Below, in pieces: positions 49,733-59,196 of a DNA stretch of 64,000 nt. The stretch is from assembly GCA_052390235.1 (NCBI GenBank), contig JBQTHB010000003.1, positions 128,001 to 192,000 on the forward strand, given 5' to 3'. The translations under genes were made by a program, and so were the position numbers. This DNA comes from Deltaproteobacteria bacterium. GTDB taxonomy: Bacteria > Desulfobacterota_D > UBA1144 > Nemesobacterales > CSP1-2. The notes below the pieces were generated by a model. That model saw only the letters and a list, made by a program, of their open reading frames with translations. It was not told where the DNA came from and did no database searches. Positions within the stretch are counted from its first letter, which is position 1; every line of letters begins with the position of its first letter.

Positions 49733-51051
49733 GCCTCGCCTCCGCCGGTATTAGCCAGCAATTCGCCTCGAAGGGAGTTGCGAAAGCCCTCGATGATTTT
49801 CACGCTGACGACCTCGCCTTTGATGCTTAAGTCGCCTGGGAAATTAACGATGCGGTTATGAGGGGTTCTACCCGAAATCCAGCTCGCGTCGTTTCGGCTC
49901 TCCCCCTCGACAAGCACCTGTTCCACCGCGCCTACTCTGCCGAGGTTGTTCCTCGATGTAATCTCGCGCTGAAACTCCTGAAGCTCGGCGAGCCTGCGGG
50001 TTGAGACTTCGTCCGGCACTGAATCCTCGAAATCCGCCGCCGGTGTGCCGGGGCGAGGGGAGTATTTAAATGAAAAAGCGCCGTCGAATCCGACCTCGCC
50101 AAGGAGCTTCATCGTCCACTCGAAATCCTCTTCGCTCTCGCCGGGAAATCCCACGATAATGTCAGTCGAGAACGCCATATCCGGCACGGCGTCCCTAAGC
50201 CTCGCCACGGCGTCCAGGTACCACTCGCGCGTGTAGGTTCGGTTCATCCCCCGAAGCACGCGGTTTGAGCCTGACTGCACGGGGAGATGAATATGCCGGG
50301 ACACTTTGGGCGTCGCGGCAATGGCGTCAATCATTTTCTTGGTTACATCCCTCGGATAGGAAGTCGTAAAGCGCACCCTGCGAAGCTCCTCAATTTCGGC
50401 CATCATATGAAGCAAATCGCCGAATTTATAGCCCTCAGACTTCCAAGAATTTACCGTCTGCCCAATGAGCGTAATCTCCCTGACGCCTTTGCGGGCGAGC
50501 GCGCGGGCTTCGTGGAGTATATCGGCGGCGGGGCGGTTTATCTCCTTCCCCCTCACGCGCGGCACAATGCAGTAGGCGCAAGTTTTATTGCACCCCTGCT
50601 GAACGGAGACGAAGGCGGTGATTTTCCCTTCTTTATGATACGGCTCGACGCCGAACACGTCTTCTATGTCGAGGGAGGTCTCAACAGAGCGGCGCCTCTC
50701 GGATTTAATTTCGTCAATTAACTGCGGGAGACGCGCAATTGCCCTGGGCCCAAGGACGAGGTCGAGGTGCGGCATCTTATCAATCAACTTCTCGCCGTAG
50801 AGCTGAGCCACGCACCCGGCGATGCCTATTATCACATCGGGGTTTTTCTTTTTGAGATGCTTTAGCCTGCCGATACTGCTGAACGCCTTTTGGTCGGCTT
50901 TGTCCCTGATAGCGCAGGTGTTGACAATGATAACGTCGGCTTGTTTGGGATTGTCCGTCGCCTCCATCGAAAGGGCAGTGCGGATTCTGTCCGAGTCGTA
51001 CTCGTTCATCTGGCAGCCGTAGGTCTCGAGATAAAGATACTTTTTCTCCAT
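49729..51051 (-). CDS. miaB: tRNA methylthiotransferase MiaB
   Basis: GCQMN, NTCAIR, CNKTCAYC radical-SAM motif, TRAM domain. Confidence 0.96.
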   Translation of the reverse strand: MEKKYLYLETYGCQMNEYDSDRIRTALSMEATDNPKQADVIIVNTCAIRDKADQKAFSSIGRLKHLKKKNPDVIIGIAGCVAQLYGEKLIDKMPHLDLVLGPRAIARLPQLIDEIKSERRRSVETSLDIEDVFGVEPYHKEGKITAFVSVQQGCNKTCAYCIVPRVRGKEINRPAADILHEARALARKGVREITLIGQTVNSWKSEGYKFGDLLHMMAEIEELRRVRFTTSYPRDVTKKMIDAIAATPKVSRHIHLPVQSGSNRVLRGMNRTYTREWYLDAVARLRDAVPDMAFSTDIIVGFPGESEEDFEWTMKLLGEVGFDGAFSFKYSPRPGTPAADFEDSVPDEVSTRRLAELQEFQREITSRNNLGRVGAVEQVLVEGESRNDASWISGRTPHNRIVNFPGDLSIKGEVVSVKIIEGFRNSLRGELLANTGGGEA

Positions 51052-51308
51052 TTCTGTAGTGAATGTTAATCAGGCGTAAATACTAAGTCAAGAAATTTTG
51101 GCGGGCGGCAAAGCTCGGCGCAGAGTAGAGAATTCAGGCGCGCAGCCACCGCCCCTAGGGGCGCAAATTAACCCCCGCGATAGCTTGCGAGCAATGAATC
51201 CGCGCAGTAGCCATTGAGGGCGTAATTCCTGAGGGATGGCGGCAACTTAGGAGCATTGAATTTTGATGCGGCGGCGCTCCTTTTGGGATGCCCCGCAGCG
51301 CAACCCCT

Positions 51309-52328
51309 CTAGGCGAATTGCCTGAGGAATCTCAAATCGTTCTCGAAGAATAGCCGGATGTCGTTTATGCCGAATTTGAGCATCGTGATTCGCTCGATTC
51401 CCATACCGAAGGCAAACCCCGTGTACCGCTCCGAGTCGTAATTGACACTGCGAAACACCTCGGGGTCAACCATTCCGCACCCTCCGATTTCAACCCATCC
51501 GGTCATTTTGCACACTCGGCATCCCCTGCCGCCGCAGATGACGCATCTGATGTCCACCTCGGCGCTCGGCTCGGTAAATGGGAAGAAACTCGGCCTTAGC
51601 CGGACTCCGATATTTTCGCCGAACATGAGCCTTACGAACTCCCCAAGTACGCCCTTTAGGTGTCCAAAGGTGATTCCCTCGTCAACCAAAAGCCCCTCAA
51701 TTTGATGAAACATCGGCGAGTGCGATACGTCGCTGTCGCACCGATAGACCTTGCCGGGGGCGATGATTTTCACAGGAGGGGGATGCTTCTCCATGACCCT
51801 GATTTGCACGGGCGAGGTGTGAGTTCTAAGGACAATATCGTCGGAAATATAGAAGGTGTCCTGCATATCGCGCGCCGGATGATTTTTGGGGATGTTGAGG
51901 GCCTCAAAGTTGTAGTAATCGAATTCAATTTCAGGTCCCTCGGCGACCTCAAAACCCATAGCCTCGAAAACGCCGATAATCTCCTCCATCACTTGAGTTA
52001 TAGGGTGTTTCGCTCCTATGGGTGCTCCCCTGCCGGGAAGGGTAATATCCTCGCGCTCGGCGAGAAGATACTGCCTCTTTTTTTCATCTCTTATTTCGAG
52101 AAGCCGCCCTTCGGACAGGGCCTCGATGAGGTTCTTAGCCTCGTTTATGAGCTGTCCCATCTGAGGGCGGTCAGCCTCCGGCACATCGCGCATAGCCTTG
52201 AGCAGGTCCGTGATGAATCCCTTGCGCCCGATGTACTTAGCTTTGAGGTTTTGAAGCGTCGCCTCATCGGGGGCGGAGGCAAAATCCTGCCGAGATTCAT
52301 TTTGCAGCGCTTCTAATTTATCTCTCAT
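51309..52328 (-). CDS. pheS: Phenylalanine-tRNA ligase alpha subunit
   Basis: HPARDMQDTF, LRTHTS, FPFTEP, GFAFGMG. Confidence 0.98.
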   Translation of the reverse strand: MRDKLEALQNESRQDFASAPDEATLQNLKAKYIGRKGFITDLLKAMRDVPEADRPQMGQLINEAKNLIEALSEGRLLEIRDEKKRQYLLAEREDITLPGRGAPIGAKHPITQVMEEIIGVFEAMGFEVAEGPEIEFDYYNFEALNIPKNHPARDMQDTFYISDDIVLRTHTSPVQIRVMEKHPPPVKIIAPGKVYRCDSDVSHSPMFHQIEGLLVDEGITFGHLKGVLGEFVRLMFGENIGVRLRPSFFPFTEPSAEVDIRCVICGGRGCRVCKMTGWVEIGGCGMVDPEVFRSVNYDSERYTGFAFGMGIERITMLKFGINDIRLFFENDLRFLRQFA

Positions 52329-52444
52329 TGCGACGCTCCTCAGGGGAAATTGACCGCAACAAAATATCATAGAATAGAGGGCTACTCAACTATTCCGCCG
52401 CCTCAGGGCTTTAAACCGCACAGCGGCAATGAGATTTTTAGCGC

Positions 52445-53359
52445 CTAATTGACTATAAGCTGGCAGTCCGCCGTATCAACCGCCGCCGCGTCTCTCCTGT
52501 CAACAGCGTCGTCGCCCCCTTGAATAGCGCAATTGCCAGAGGTCATTATCTGCACCCCCGACGTGCCTGTGGCGAGGATGGCGTTCGTGCCTGCGGAGAT
52601 GAACACGTCAACTCCGGTAAGTCTGATGGAAGAGTCGTCCATTGCGTGGATTCCGTTGTTTCTCGATGTTATTGAGAGCGTGGGGACGGAGAGGGAGTTA
52701 AGTATCACGTTTGCGAAATTCTCGCCCACGATGCCGTTGTCGCAATTGACGAGATTTATATCTGCGGCTCTGATATTGACCTCGGAACTGCCAGTGGCTC
52801 TGACGCAGTCGCCGCCAGCGCCGTTGATGGTGAGGTTTGCCTCTGCCTCGTCGAAATCGAATCGTTCAAGCTCGCGTGTGCGGATAGAGCCGATTTGAAT
52901 CTCGAAGGCGTCAATTTCCACATCCGGCGGCATCACGCCTGATAGAACCGAGAGCCGGAGCGTAACATCGCTCGCGGGGGTTACGGTGATGAGCCTATTT
53001 GCGATAAGCCCCATCGCCTCGATTCTGAGATTGACGACTCCCCCGGCCGGCACGGAGAGTTGAAAATCACCGTTTGCGTCGGCTGTATCGCGGCCTGCTT
53101 CAGCCCCGTTCTGAAACGCGGTGATGAGAATGCCCCCAGCAGATTGGGCGTTGGCGGATTTCACGGGTCTGATAACGCCCCTCAGAAAGGCGAGCGCGCC
53201 GGATTGCTCACGCCTCGATTTACCGGCGGCGGATACGATTTGGACATTGCCGCTTATTGTGGTTGTCCCCGCGCGCAGGGCTTCGTTGCCGTCGGCGCAT
53301 CCGAAGAGAAACGACGATGCCAGAGCTAGAGTACATAATCCTAGAAAATGCTTTTTCAT
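52445..53359 (-). CDS. Putative lipoprotein with beta-rich, possibly beta-helix C-terminus
   Basis: GGAGG RBS then MKKH...LFGC lipobox; repeating NGI/small-residue strands. Confidence 0.65.
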   Translation of the reverse strand: MKKHFLGLCTLALASSFLFGCADGNEALRAGTTTISGNVQIVSAAGKSRREQSGALAFLRGVIRPVKSANAQSAGGILITAFQNGAEAGRDTADANGDFQLSVPAGGVVNLRIEAMGLIANRLITVTPASDVTLRLSVLSGVMPPDVEIDAFEIQIGSIRTRELERFDFDEAEANLTINGAGGDCVRATGSSEVNIRAADINLVNCDNGIVGENFANVILNSLSVPTLSITSRNNGIHAMDDSSIRLTGVDVFISAGTNAILATGTSGVQIMTSGNCAIQGGDDAVDRRDAAAVDTADCQLIVN

Positions 53360-53552
53360 AAAATTGCCTCCGTCTATTTCGATGAGTCTTATAGTTCTTA
53401 ACCCTTCGCAAACACCGGAGGTTTCAGCGCGATTCGAGATACGCGAGGCAGGATAAACACTCAAGGGTCAGCAGGGCCGGGCGGATTGTTAAGCGCGTGT
53501 TCGGCGTGTAGTATTAAACCGGTAAATTTATCCCGCATGGAGGCTATCTCAC

Positions 53553-54191
53553 GTGAAATTAGAAGACCTGCTCCAGGACGAAGAAGCCACAAAAGAGGAA
53601 AAAGCCCTTCAGCGCGCCGTTGAGATTGCCGGCAGAGAGTGGGAGAACATCAGAAAATCCCTTTCCCTCCTAGGCGACATCGGCAATTTCTCGGAATCCG
53701 ATTTCATGATAGGAGTGATTGCAAGAGACGTCATAGCAAGGAAACCGCTCCTCAGTCCCACGAAATCCGTCTCCGGTTACTCGCCGACGTTTTATCCAAT
53801 GTATTTAGTGACAAATCTGATAACCATGGACGAAAACCTCGATGCGCGCGGCTACAAAACCACTCACGCCCTTTTTGTCTTCATCGAGCTTGCCACGAAA
53901 GCCTCGGAGCGGCTCGGTCTCGTGGGAACTTTCAGCATGGGATTTGGCAGTGGATACGCCCACTCTCGCACGGGCTGGATTGCCGAAAAGGGCAACCCTC
54001 TGGAGCGGGATATTTTCGCGCGGATGTTTTTTAAGGGCGCAAAAGTTGACTACAATTGGGGATTTCATTGGAATTCGACGGGCGAGAGGCTCAAGCTGAT
54101 ATTCGAGAAATTCATGTCATGGCAGAAGGACGAATCCCTCTACCAAAGCGAGGTCAAATCCAAAGCTGTAGTGAAGCCGATGATGATTTAA
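53553..54191 (+). CDS. Hypothetical protein
   Basis: 212-aa ORF with GGAGG RBS; family not recognised. Confidence 0.7.
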   Translation: MKLEDLLQDEEATKEEKALQRAVEIAGREWENIRKSLSLLGDIGNFSESDFMIGVIARDVIARKPLLSPTKSVSGYSPTFYPMYLVTNLITMDENLDARGYKTTHALFVFIELATKASERLGLVGTFSMGFGSGYAHSRTGWIAEKGNPLERDIFARMFFKGAKVDYNWGFHWNSTGERLKLIFEKFMSWQKDESLYQSEVKSKAVVKPMMI

Positions 54192-54346
54192 TTTCTGAAT
54201 TTTAGGACAGTGCCGCCGCTCCCCCATGGGCTTAAATCCGTCAGGTTTTCCCGATTATTTATGCGATAAATCAGGGTGCGCCGAGATTCCATCGCCCAGA
54301 GCCGCAGAATTGTCAACCCCCCCAAACGCCTGTAGAATACCCCTCT

Positions 54347-55159
54347 ATGACTGAGAATATCCCCTGCGCCCTGACAATTGCAGGCTCGGATTCCGGCGGA
54401 GGCGCGGGAATTCAGGCAGACATTAAAACCTTCGGCGCATTCGGCGTTTTCGGTATGTCGGCTATCACCTCGGCGACGGCTCAGAACACAGAATCCGTGC
54501 TTGGAATCAGCGACCTTAACGCTGAATTCGTCGAGCTTCAAATTGATGCAGTCATGAGCGACATCGGCGCGGACGCCGTCAAAACCGGGATGCTCTCAAA
54601 CGGGGCGATAGTCCTCTCGGTTGCGAAAAAAATCAGGGAATACCGAATCGAGCGGCTCGTTGTTGACCCGGTGATGAGGGCGAAGGGCGGCTCGGCTCTG
54701 CTCAAATCCGAGGCCGAGCGCGTACTCATCGAGCATCTCCTGCCGCTTGCGCTGATTGTTACGCCGAACATCCCGGAAGCCGAGGCAATTGCCGGAATCG
54801 AGATTCGCACTTTCTCGGAGATGAAAGAGGCGGCGAGGCGAATAAAATCCCTTGGAGCAGGGTGCGTACTCGTAAAGGGCGGGCATCTGGATGGGAACGA
54901 GGCGGCGGACGTTCTTTTCGATGGCAGGAATTTTTACGAGTTCCGAGCGGAGAGAATTCGGACGAAAAACACCCACGGGACAGGATGCACCTATTCGGCG
55001 GCGATTTGCGCCCTCCTCGCGCGGGGATTTTCCGTGCCGGACGCAGTCGGGGAGGCGAAAAAATATGTTACCTGCGCAATAGCCGCTTCCCTGGAGCTGG
55101 GGCGGGGGCATGGGCCACTGAATCACTTCTGGAAGTTCTGGACGGAAAAGACTGGTTGA
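54347..55159 (+). CDS. thiD: Hydroxymethylpyrimidine/phosphomethylpyrimidine kinase
   Basis: IAGSDSGGGAGIQAD, DPVM, TPNIPEA, HGTGC. Confidence 0.97.
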   Translation: MTENIPCALTIAGSDSGGGAGIQADIKTFGAFGVFGMSAITSATAQNTESVLGISDLNAEFVELQIDAVMSDIGADAVKTGMLSNGAIVLSVAKKIREYRIERLVVDPVMRAKGGSALLKSEAERVLIEHLLPLALIVTPNIPEAEAIAGIEIRTFSEMKEAARRIKSLGAGCVLVKGGHLDGNEAADVLFDGRNFYEFRAERIRTKNTHGTGCTYSAAICALLARGFSVPDAVGEAKKYVTCAIAASLELGRGHGPLNHFWKFWTEKTG

Positions 55160-55218
55160 AACCACAAATTAATCGCGAATGAGATTCAATAAAATCATGG
55201 CAGAGAGGTTCACGCACA

Positions 55219-56064
55219 ATGGCTCAAATCATTGACGGCAGGGCGGTTGCCGAAAGTGTCAGAAAGAAAGTCGCCGAAGAGGTTTTAGCCCTCAGAGCCG
55301 AGCGGGCAATCGTTCCCGGACTTGCGGCGGTGCTTGTGGGGGAGAACCCCGCATCCCAAATTTACGTGAGAAATAAACGCAAAGCCTGCGAAGAAGCAGG
55401 CATTTACTCAGAGGAGTACAGGCTCCCGCAGGACACTCGGGAGGCGGAGTTGCTGCGGCTCGTCGAGGGTCTAAACCGCGACTCAAAGATTCACGGGATT
55501 CTGATTCAGCTTCCACTGCCGAAGCAAATCAGCGAGACGAAGATTTTAAGAGCCGTCTCCCCGCTCAAGGACATTGACGGATTTCACCCGGAAAACGTGG
55601 GGTATCTGGTCGAGGGCAGTCCGCGATTTATCCCCTGCACGCCGCACGGAATCATGAAAATGCTCGAATTTTACGGGATTGACCCAATGGGAAAAGAATC
55701 GGTCATCGTGGGGCGAAGCAACATCGTGGGCAAACCCGCCTCGCTCCTACTCCTCCACGCTCACTCCACAGTTACCGTCTGCCACTCCCGAACCGCGAAT
55801 CTCGCGGAGGTTACGCGCAGGGGGGATATTCTCATCGCCGCTATCGGCAGGGCGAGATTTATCACTCAGGAGATGGTCAAAGACGGCGCGGTCGTGATAG
55901 ATGTGGGAATCAATCGCCTACCGGACGGCAAGCTCGCAGGAGACGTGGATTTTGAGGGGGTCAGCCAGAAGGCTTCGTATATAACCCCCGTTCCCGGCGG
56001 CGTGGGCCCTATGACGATAGCGATGCTCCTTTGGAACACTCTAACCTCGGCGAAGAATTCATGA
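55219..56064 (+). CDS. folD: Methylenetetrahydrofolate dehydrogenase/cyclohydrolase
   Basis: YVRNK, QLPLP, KDIDG, GRSNIVGKP, PVPGGVGPMT. Confidence 0.98.
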   Translation: MAQIIDGRAVAESVRKKVAEEVLALRAERAIVPGLAAVLVGENPASQIYVRNKRKACEEAGIYSEEYRLPQDTREAELLRLVEGLNRDSKIHGILIQLPLPKQISETKILRAVSPLKDIDGFHPENVGYLVEGSPRFIPCTPHGIMKMLEFYGIDPMGKESVIVGRSNIVGKPASLLLLHAHSTVTVCHSRTANLAEVTRRGDILIAAIGRARFITQEMVKDGAVVIDVGINRLPDGKLAGDVDFEGVSQKASYITPVPGGVGPMTIAMLLWNTLTSAKNS

Positions 56065-56091
56065 TTCAGGATTTAACACCGGACAATCAGA

Positions 56092-56697
56092 ATGCCTAAA
56101 AGAATCGTGCTTGCCTCAGCCTCGCCGAGAAGACGGGAACTGCTCGCAAATCTAGGGATTGAGTTTGACGTAATCCCCTCGCAGATTGATGAAATCCCGA
56201 TAAAGGGCGAGTCCCCAAGGGATTTTGCTATGAGAATCGCCGAGGACAAAGCCCTCTCGGTTGCATCGGCGCTTGATGGGAGCGTTGCCGCAGTTATCGG
56301 AGCGGACACGATAGTCGTGGTTGATGGCGAGATACTGGGCAAACCAAAGGATGCGGACGAGGCGCGTCGGATGCTTCGGAAAATCTCAGGCAGGGCGCAC
56401 ACGGTCATCACGGCATTTTGCATCGCAAGACCCAAATACGAGGTTCTGCGCTCCCGCCACATCGAGACAGAAGTGGTAGTAAAACCGCTTGCGGCGCGGG
56501 AAATTGAAGGTTACATTAAAACCGCAGAGCCTATGGACAAAGCCGGCTCTTACGGGGCGCAGGGGGTCGGGGCGTTTATGATTCGAGAAATCCGAGGCTC
56601 GTTTACGAACGTAGTGGGGCTTCCAGTATCGGAAGTTTTGGAGGCGCTTGGGGAACTTGGCATATTTACACTCTTCGGTGAAAATGAGCATAGCTGA
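56092..56697 (+). CDS. maf: Maf-family nucleoside triphosphate pyrophosphatase
   Basis: LASASPRR, GADT, LGKP, DKAGSYG, NVVGLP. Confidence 0.95.
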   Translation: MPKRIVLASASPRRRELLANLGIEFDVIPSQIDEIPIKGESPRDFAMRIAEDKALSVASALDGSVAAVIGADTIVVVDGEILGKPKDADEARRMLRKISGRAHTVITAFCIARPKYEVLRSRHIETEVVVKPLAAREIEGYIKTAEPMDKAGSYGAQGVGAFMIREIRGSFTNVVGLPVSEVLEALGELGIFTLFGENEHS

Positions 56698-57379
56698 CAA
56701 TCTGAAATCGGTTAGGGACAGAATCCGCCAAGCCGCTCAGAGAGCCGGAAGAGCCGCTAATGAGATAACTCTCGTCGCCGTATCAAAAGGGGTATCCGCC
56801 GAGAGTATCGCCGAAGCCGCGCGGCATGGCTCTGAGGCATTTGGCGAGAATTACGCTCAGGAACTGCGCGCGAAGCAAACACTCCTCGAAAGGGAGCAGG
56901 TCGGATGGCATTTCATCGGGCGGCTTCAGAGGAACAAGGTAAAATACGTTGTGGGCAGGGTGAAGCTGATACACTCGCTTGCGGATTTTGAAGTCGCCGT
57001 GGAGATTAGCCGCAGGGCTGAGAAACTGGGCAGAGGCAGAGTACCCGTCCTCGTCGAGATAAACATAGCGGGCGATGTGTCAAAAGACGGTATCGCGCCC
57101 GGCGAGGCTGATGGGTTTGTCGGCGCGCTGGGGCAGCTTCCAATGATTGAGCCTAGGGGGTTTATGGCGATGCCGCCGTTTTCTGAGGATGCCGAGGCGT
57201 CGAGGGGGCATTTTAGGCGGCTTCGAGCGCTCAGGGACTCTCTCAGGGAGAAATTCAGGGATTTATCCGAGCTTTCAATGGGAATGAGCGGGGATTTCGA
57301 GGTCGCCATCGAGGAGGGGGCAACGATGGTCAGGGTCGGTTCAGCGATTTTCGGCGCGAGAGAGATGGATAAGGATTAG
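56684..57379 (+). CDS. yggS: PLP homeostasis protein (YggS family)
   Basis: LVAVSK, FGENYAQE, WHFIGRLQRNK, LSMGMSGD. Confidence 0.95.
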   Translation: MSIADNLKSVRDRIRQAAQRAGRAANEITLVAVSKGVSAESIAEAARHGSEAFGENYAQELRAKQTLLEREQVGWHFIGRLQRNKVKYVVGRVKLIHSLADFEVAVEISRRAEKLGRGRVPVLVEINIAGDVSKDGIAPGEADGFVGALGQLPMIEPRGFMAMPPFSEDAEASRGHFRRLRALRDSLREKFRDLSELSMGMSGDFEVAIEEGATMVRVGSAIFGAREMDKD

Positions 57380-57477
57380 AGGGATAGGGGCGATGCGAGT
57401 TATCCCGGAGTATAGGTTGTAGGAGAGAGGAGGCTAATTCGCGCCGGTTTGCGGTTAAAGCGCTTAGGGGAAGCATA

Positions 57478-58293
57478 ATGAATAAAATCGGATTCATCGG
57501 CGCGGGCAACATGGCTGAGGCGCTGATAAAAGGGCTTATCGTATCGGGCAGATTCAGCCCCGAAGAAATCCTCATAAACGACGCTCTGGCGGAGAGGGTG
57601 AAACTCATAAGCTCCGAATACGGGGTCAGAGGCGCGTCCAGCAACGGAGAAGTCGCCCGGCTCGCTCGGGTTGTCGTGCTTGCCGTTAAGCCCGCTCACA
57701 TCGAAGGAGTCATCCGAGAGGTCGGTGAATTCCTCAAGCCAGAGCAAATAATCGTTTCAATCGCCGCCGGAGTCAGAACCGAGACAATGACCAAAGCCCT
57801 AGGGCGAGAGTTGAAAATCGCCCGCGTCATGCCCAACACCCCCGCGCTCGCGCTTGCTGGAGCGTCGGGAATTTACTGCAACAGCTCCGTAACCGGCGAG
57901 GAGAGCGAATCGGTAAGGGACATATTCGGGAGCGTAGGGGTCGCGCTCATTGTCGAGAATGAAGACCTCTTAGACGCCGTAACGGGACTTAGCGGAAGTG
58001 GTCCCGCGTTTGCCGCGATTTTTATCGAGGCTCTGGCTGACGGCGGCGTTGCGGCGGGACTTGCGCGAGGCGCGGCGTTGAACCTCGCGGCTCAAACCGT
58101 TTTGGGGACGGCTCGGATGATTATAGAAGGGAAAATCCCTCCGGCAGAGCTAAAGGACAAAGTGGCATCTCCTGCGGGAACTACCATTGAGGGCATAAGA
58201 GAGCTAGAAACCCGCGGATTCAGGGGAAGCGTTATTTCGGCTGTGGTGTCCGCGGCGAGAAAATCGAAAGAACTGTCGAAGGGAGGCAAATGA
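57478..58293 (+). CDS. proC: Pyrroline-5-carboxylate reductase
   Basis: GAGNMA, AVKP, RVMPNTP, SGSGPA, SPAGTT. Confidence 0.97.
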   Translation: MNKIGFIGAGNMAEALIKGLIVSGRFSPEEILINDALAERVKLISSEYGVRGASSNGEVARLARVVVLAVKPAHIEGVIREVGEFLKPEQIIVSIAAGVRTETMTKALGRELKIARVMPNTPALALAGASGIYCNSSVTGEESESVRDIFGSVGVALIVENEDLLDAVTGLSGSGPAFAAIFIEALADGGVAAGLARGAALNLAAQTVLGTARMIIEGKIPPAELKDKVASPAGTTIEGIRELETRGFRGSVISAVVSAARKSKELSKGGK

Positions 58294-58601
58294 TGTTTAT
58301 TCTCGGAAATTTCGTTATGGCTATAGCGCTTGCCATGCACTTTATTCTGTATTTGTATATGTGGATTATTATTATTAGGGCGCTTATGTCGTGGGTGAAT
58401 CCCGACCCCTATAACCCTATTGTGAACTTTCTCTACAGGGCGACGGAGCCTGTGCTGCAGTATGTAAGAGGGATTATTCCCCCGCTTGCAGGGATTGACC
58501 TCTCGCCGATAGTGGTATTCGTGGCGATTTATTTCCTAGATACGTTTCTCGTGGGAAGCCTTCAGGAGATAGGACTCAGGCTCAAAAGCGGAACTCTGTA
58601 A
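58290..58601 (+). CDS. yggT: YggT-family membrane protein
   Basis: SWVNPDPYNP, TEPVL, IDLSPI. Confidence 0.93.
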   Translation: MMFILGNFVMAIALAMHFILYLYMWIIIIRALMSWVNPDPYNPIVNFLYRATEPVLQYVRGIIPPLAGIDLSPIVVFVAIYFLDTFLVGSLQEIGLRLKSGTL

Positions 58602-58640
58602 AAAAAGCGGACGACGAGTTATTTTATCCCGCCGCCCGCT
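58600..58640 (-). terminator. Rho-independent terminator for the glycine-zipper gene
   Basis: Minus strand GCGGGCGGCGGG-loop-CTCGTCGTCCGC (with G-U pairs) followed by T7. Confidence 0.75.
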
Positions 58641-58686
58641 CAAATCGCAATCTTCAATATCCATTTAATAGTAATCGAATAGGGCG

Positions 58687-59115
58687 TTAACCGGCGTCGC
58701 AGACCTCTTTGACTTCATCCCTCACGAGTTTGCCGTCCTGCCAGATTCTCTCGCGCACTTTGTGGCAATTAGTATTGGAATTATAGGCAACCGGAGTCGC
58801 CTCGACCCTCTGGAATCCGTCGTTGCTCTGATACACCACGGGACGCCCCTCAGCCGCCGCCTCGCGCGCCGCTCTGGACGAGATTTCAGTGATGGTGCCG
58901 CCGATAGCCGCCCCAATCAGCCCGCCGATAGCCGCTCCGCGCCACCTGTTTTTTCTATCTATCAGCAATCCTGCAACTGCTCCTAAGCCTGCTCCCACGC
59001 CTGCGCCTTCATAAGTGCGCTGAGTGGTAACGCATGAGGTCAGCATCGAAGCCCCTCCGATAGCGCCGACGAAAAAGGTTACGGATAGAAATAGGGAAAT
59101 GGCTCTATTTTTCAT
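58687..59115 (-). CDS. Glycine-zipper lipoprotein
   Basis: LTSC lipobox, GAGVGAGLGAVAG...GAAIGGLIGAAIGG, C-terminal Cys pair. Confidence 0.85.
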   Translation of the reverse strand: MKNRAISLFLSVTFFVGAIGGASMLTSCVTTQRTYEGAGVGAGLGAVAGLLIDRKNRWRGAAIGGLIGAAIGGTITEISSRAAREAAAEGRPVVYQSNDGFQRVEATPVAYNSNTNCHKVRERIWQDGKLVRDEVKEVCDAG

Positions 59116-59196
59116 CTTACTTCACACTCCTCCACGTTGTATTTACTTGTAAATATTAAACTCCAATCTTCAGAAAAGGTAACAGCCTAGATAAAA

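Noticed and set aside
54192..54346. TPP riboswitch upstream of thiD
   Set aside because: No CTGAGA...CCTGA core; promoter position suggests a leaderless mRNA
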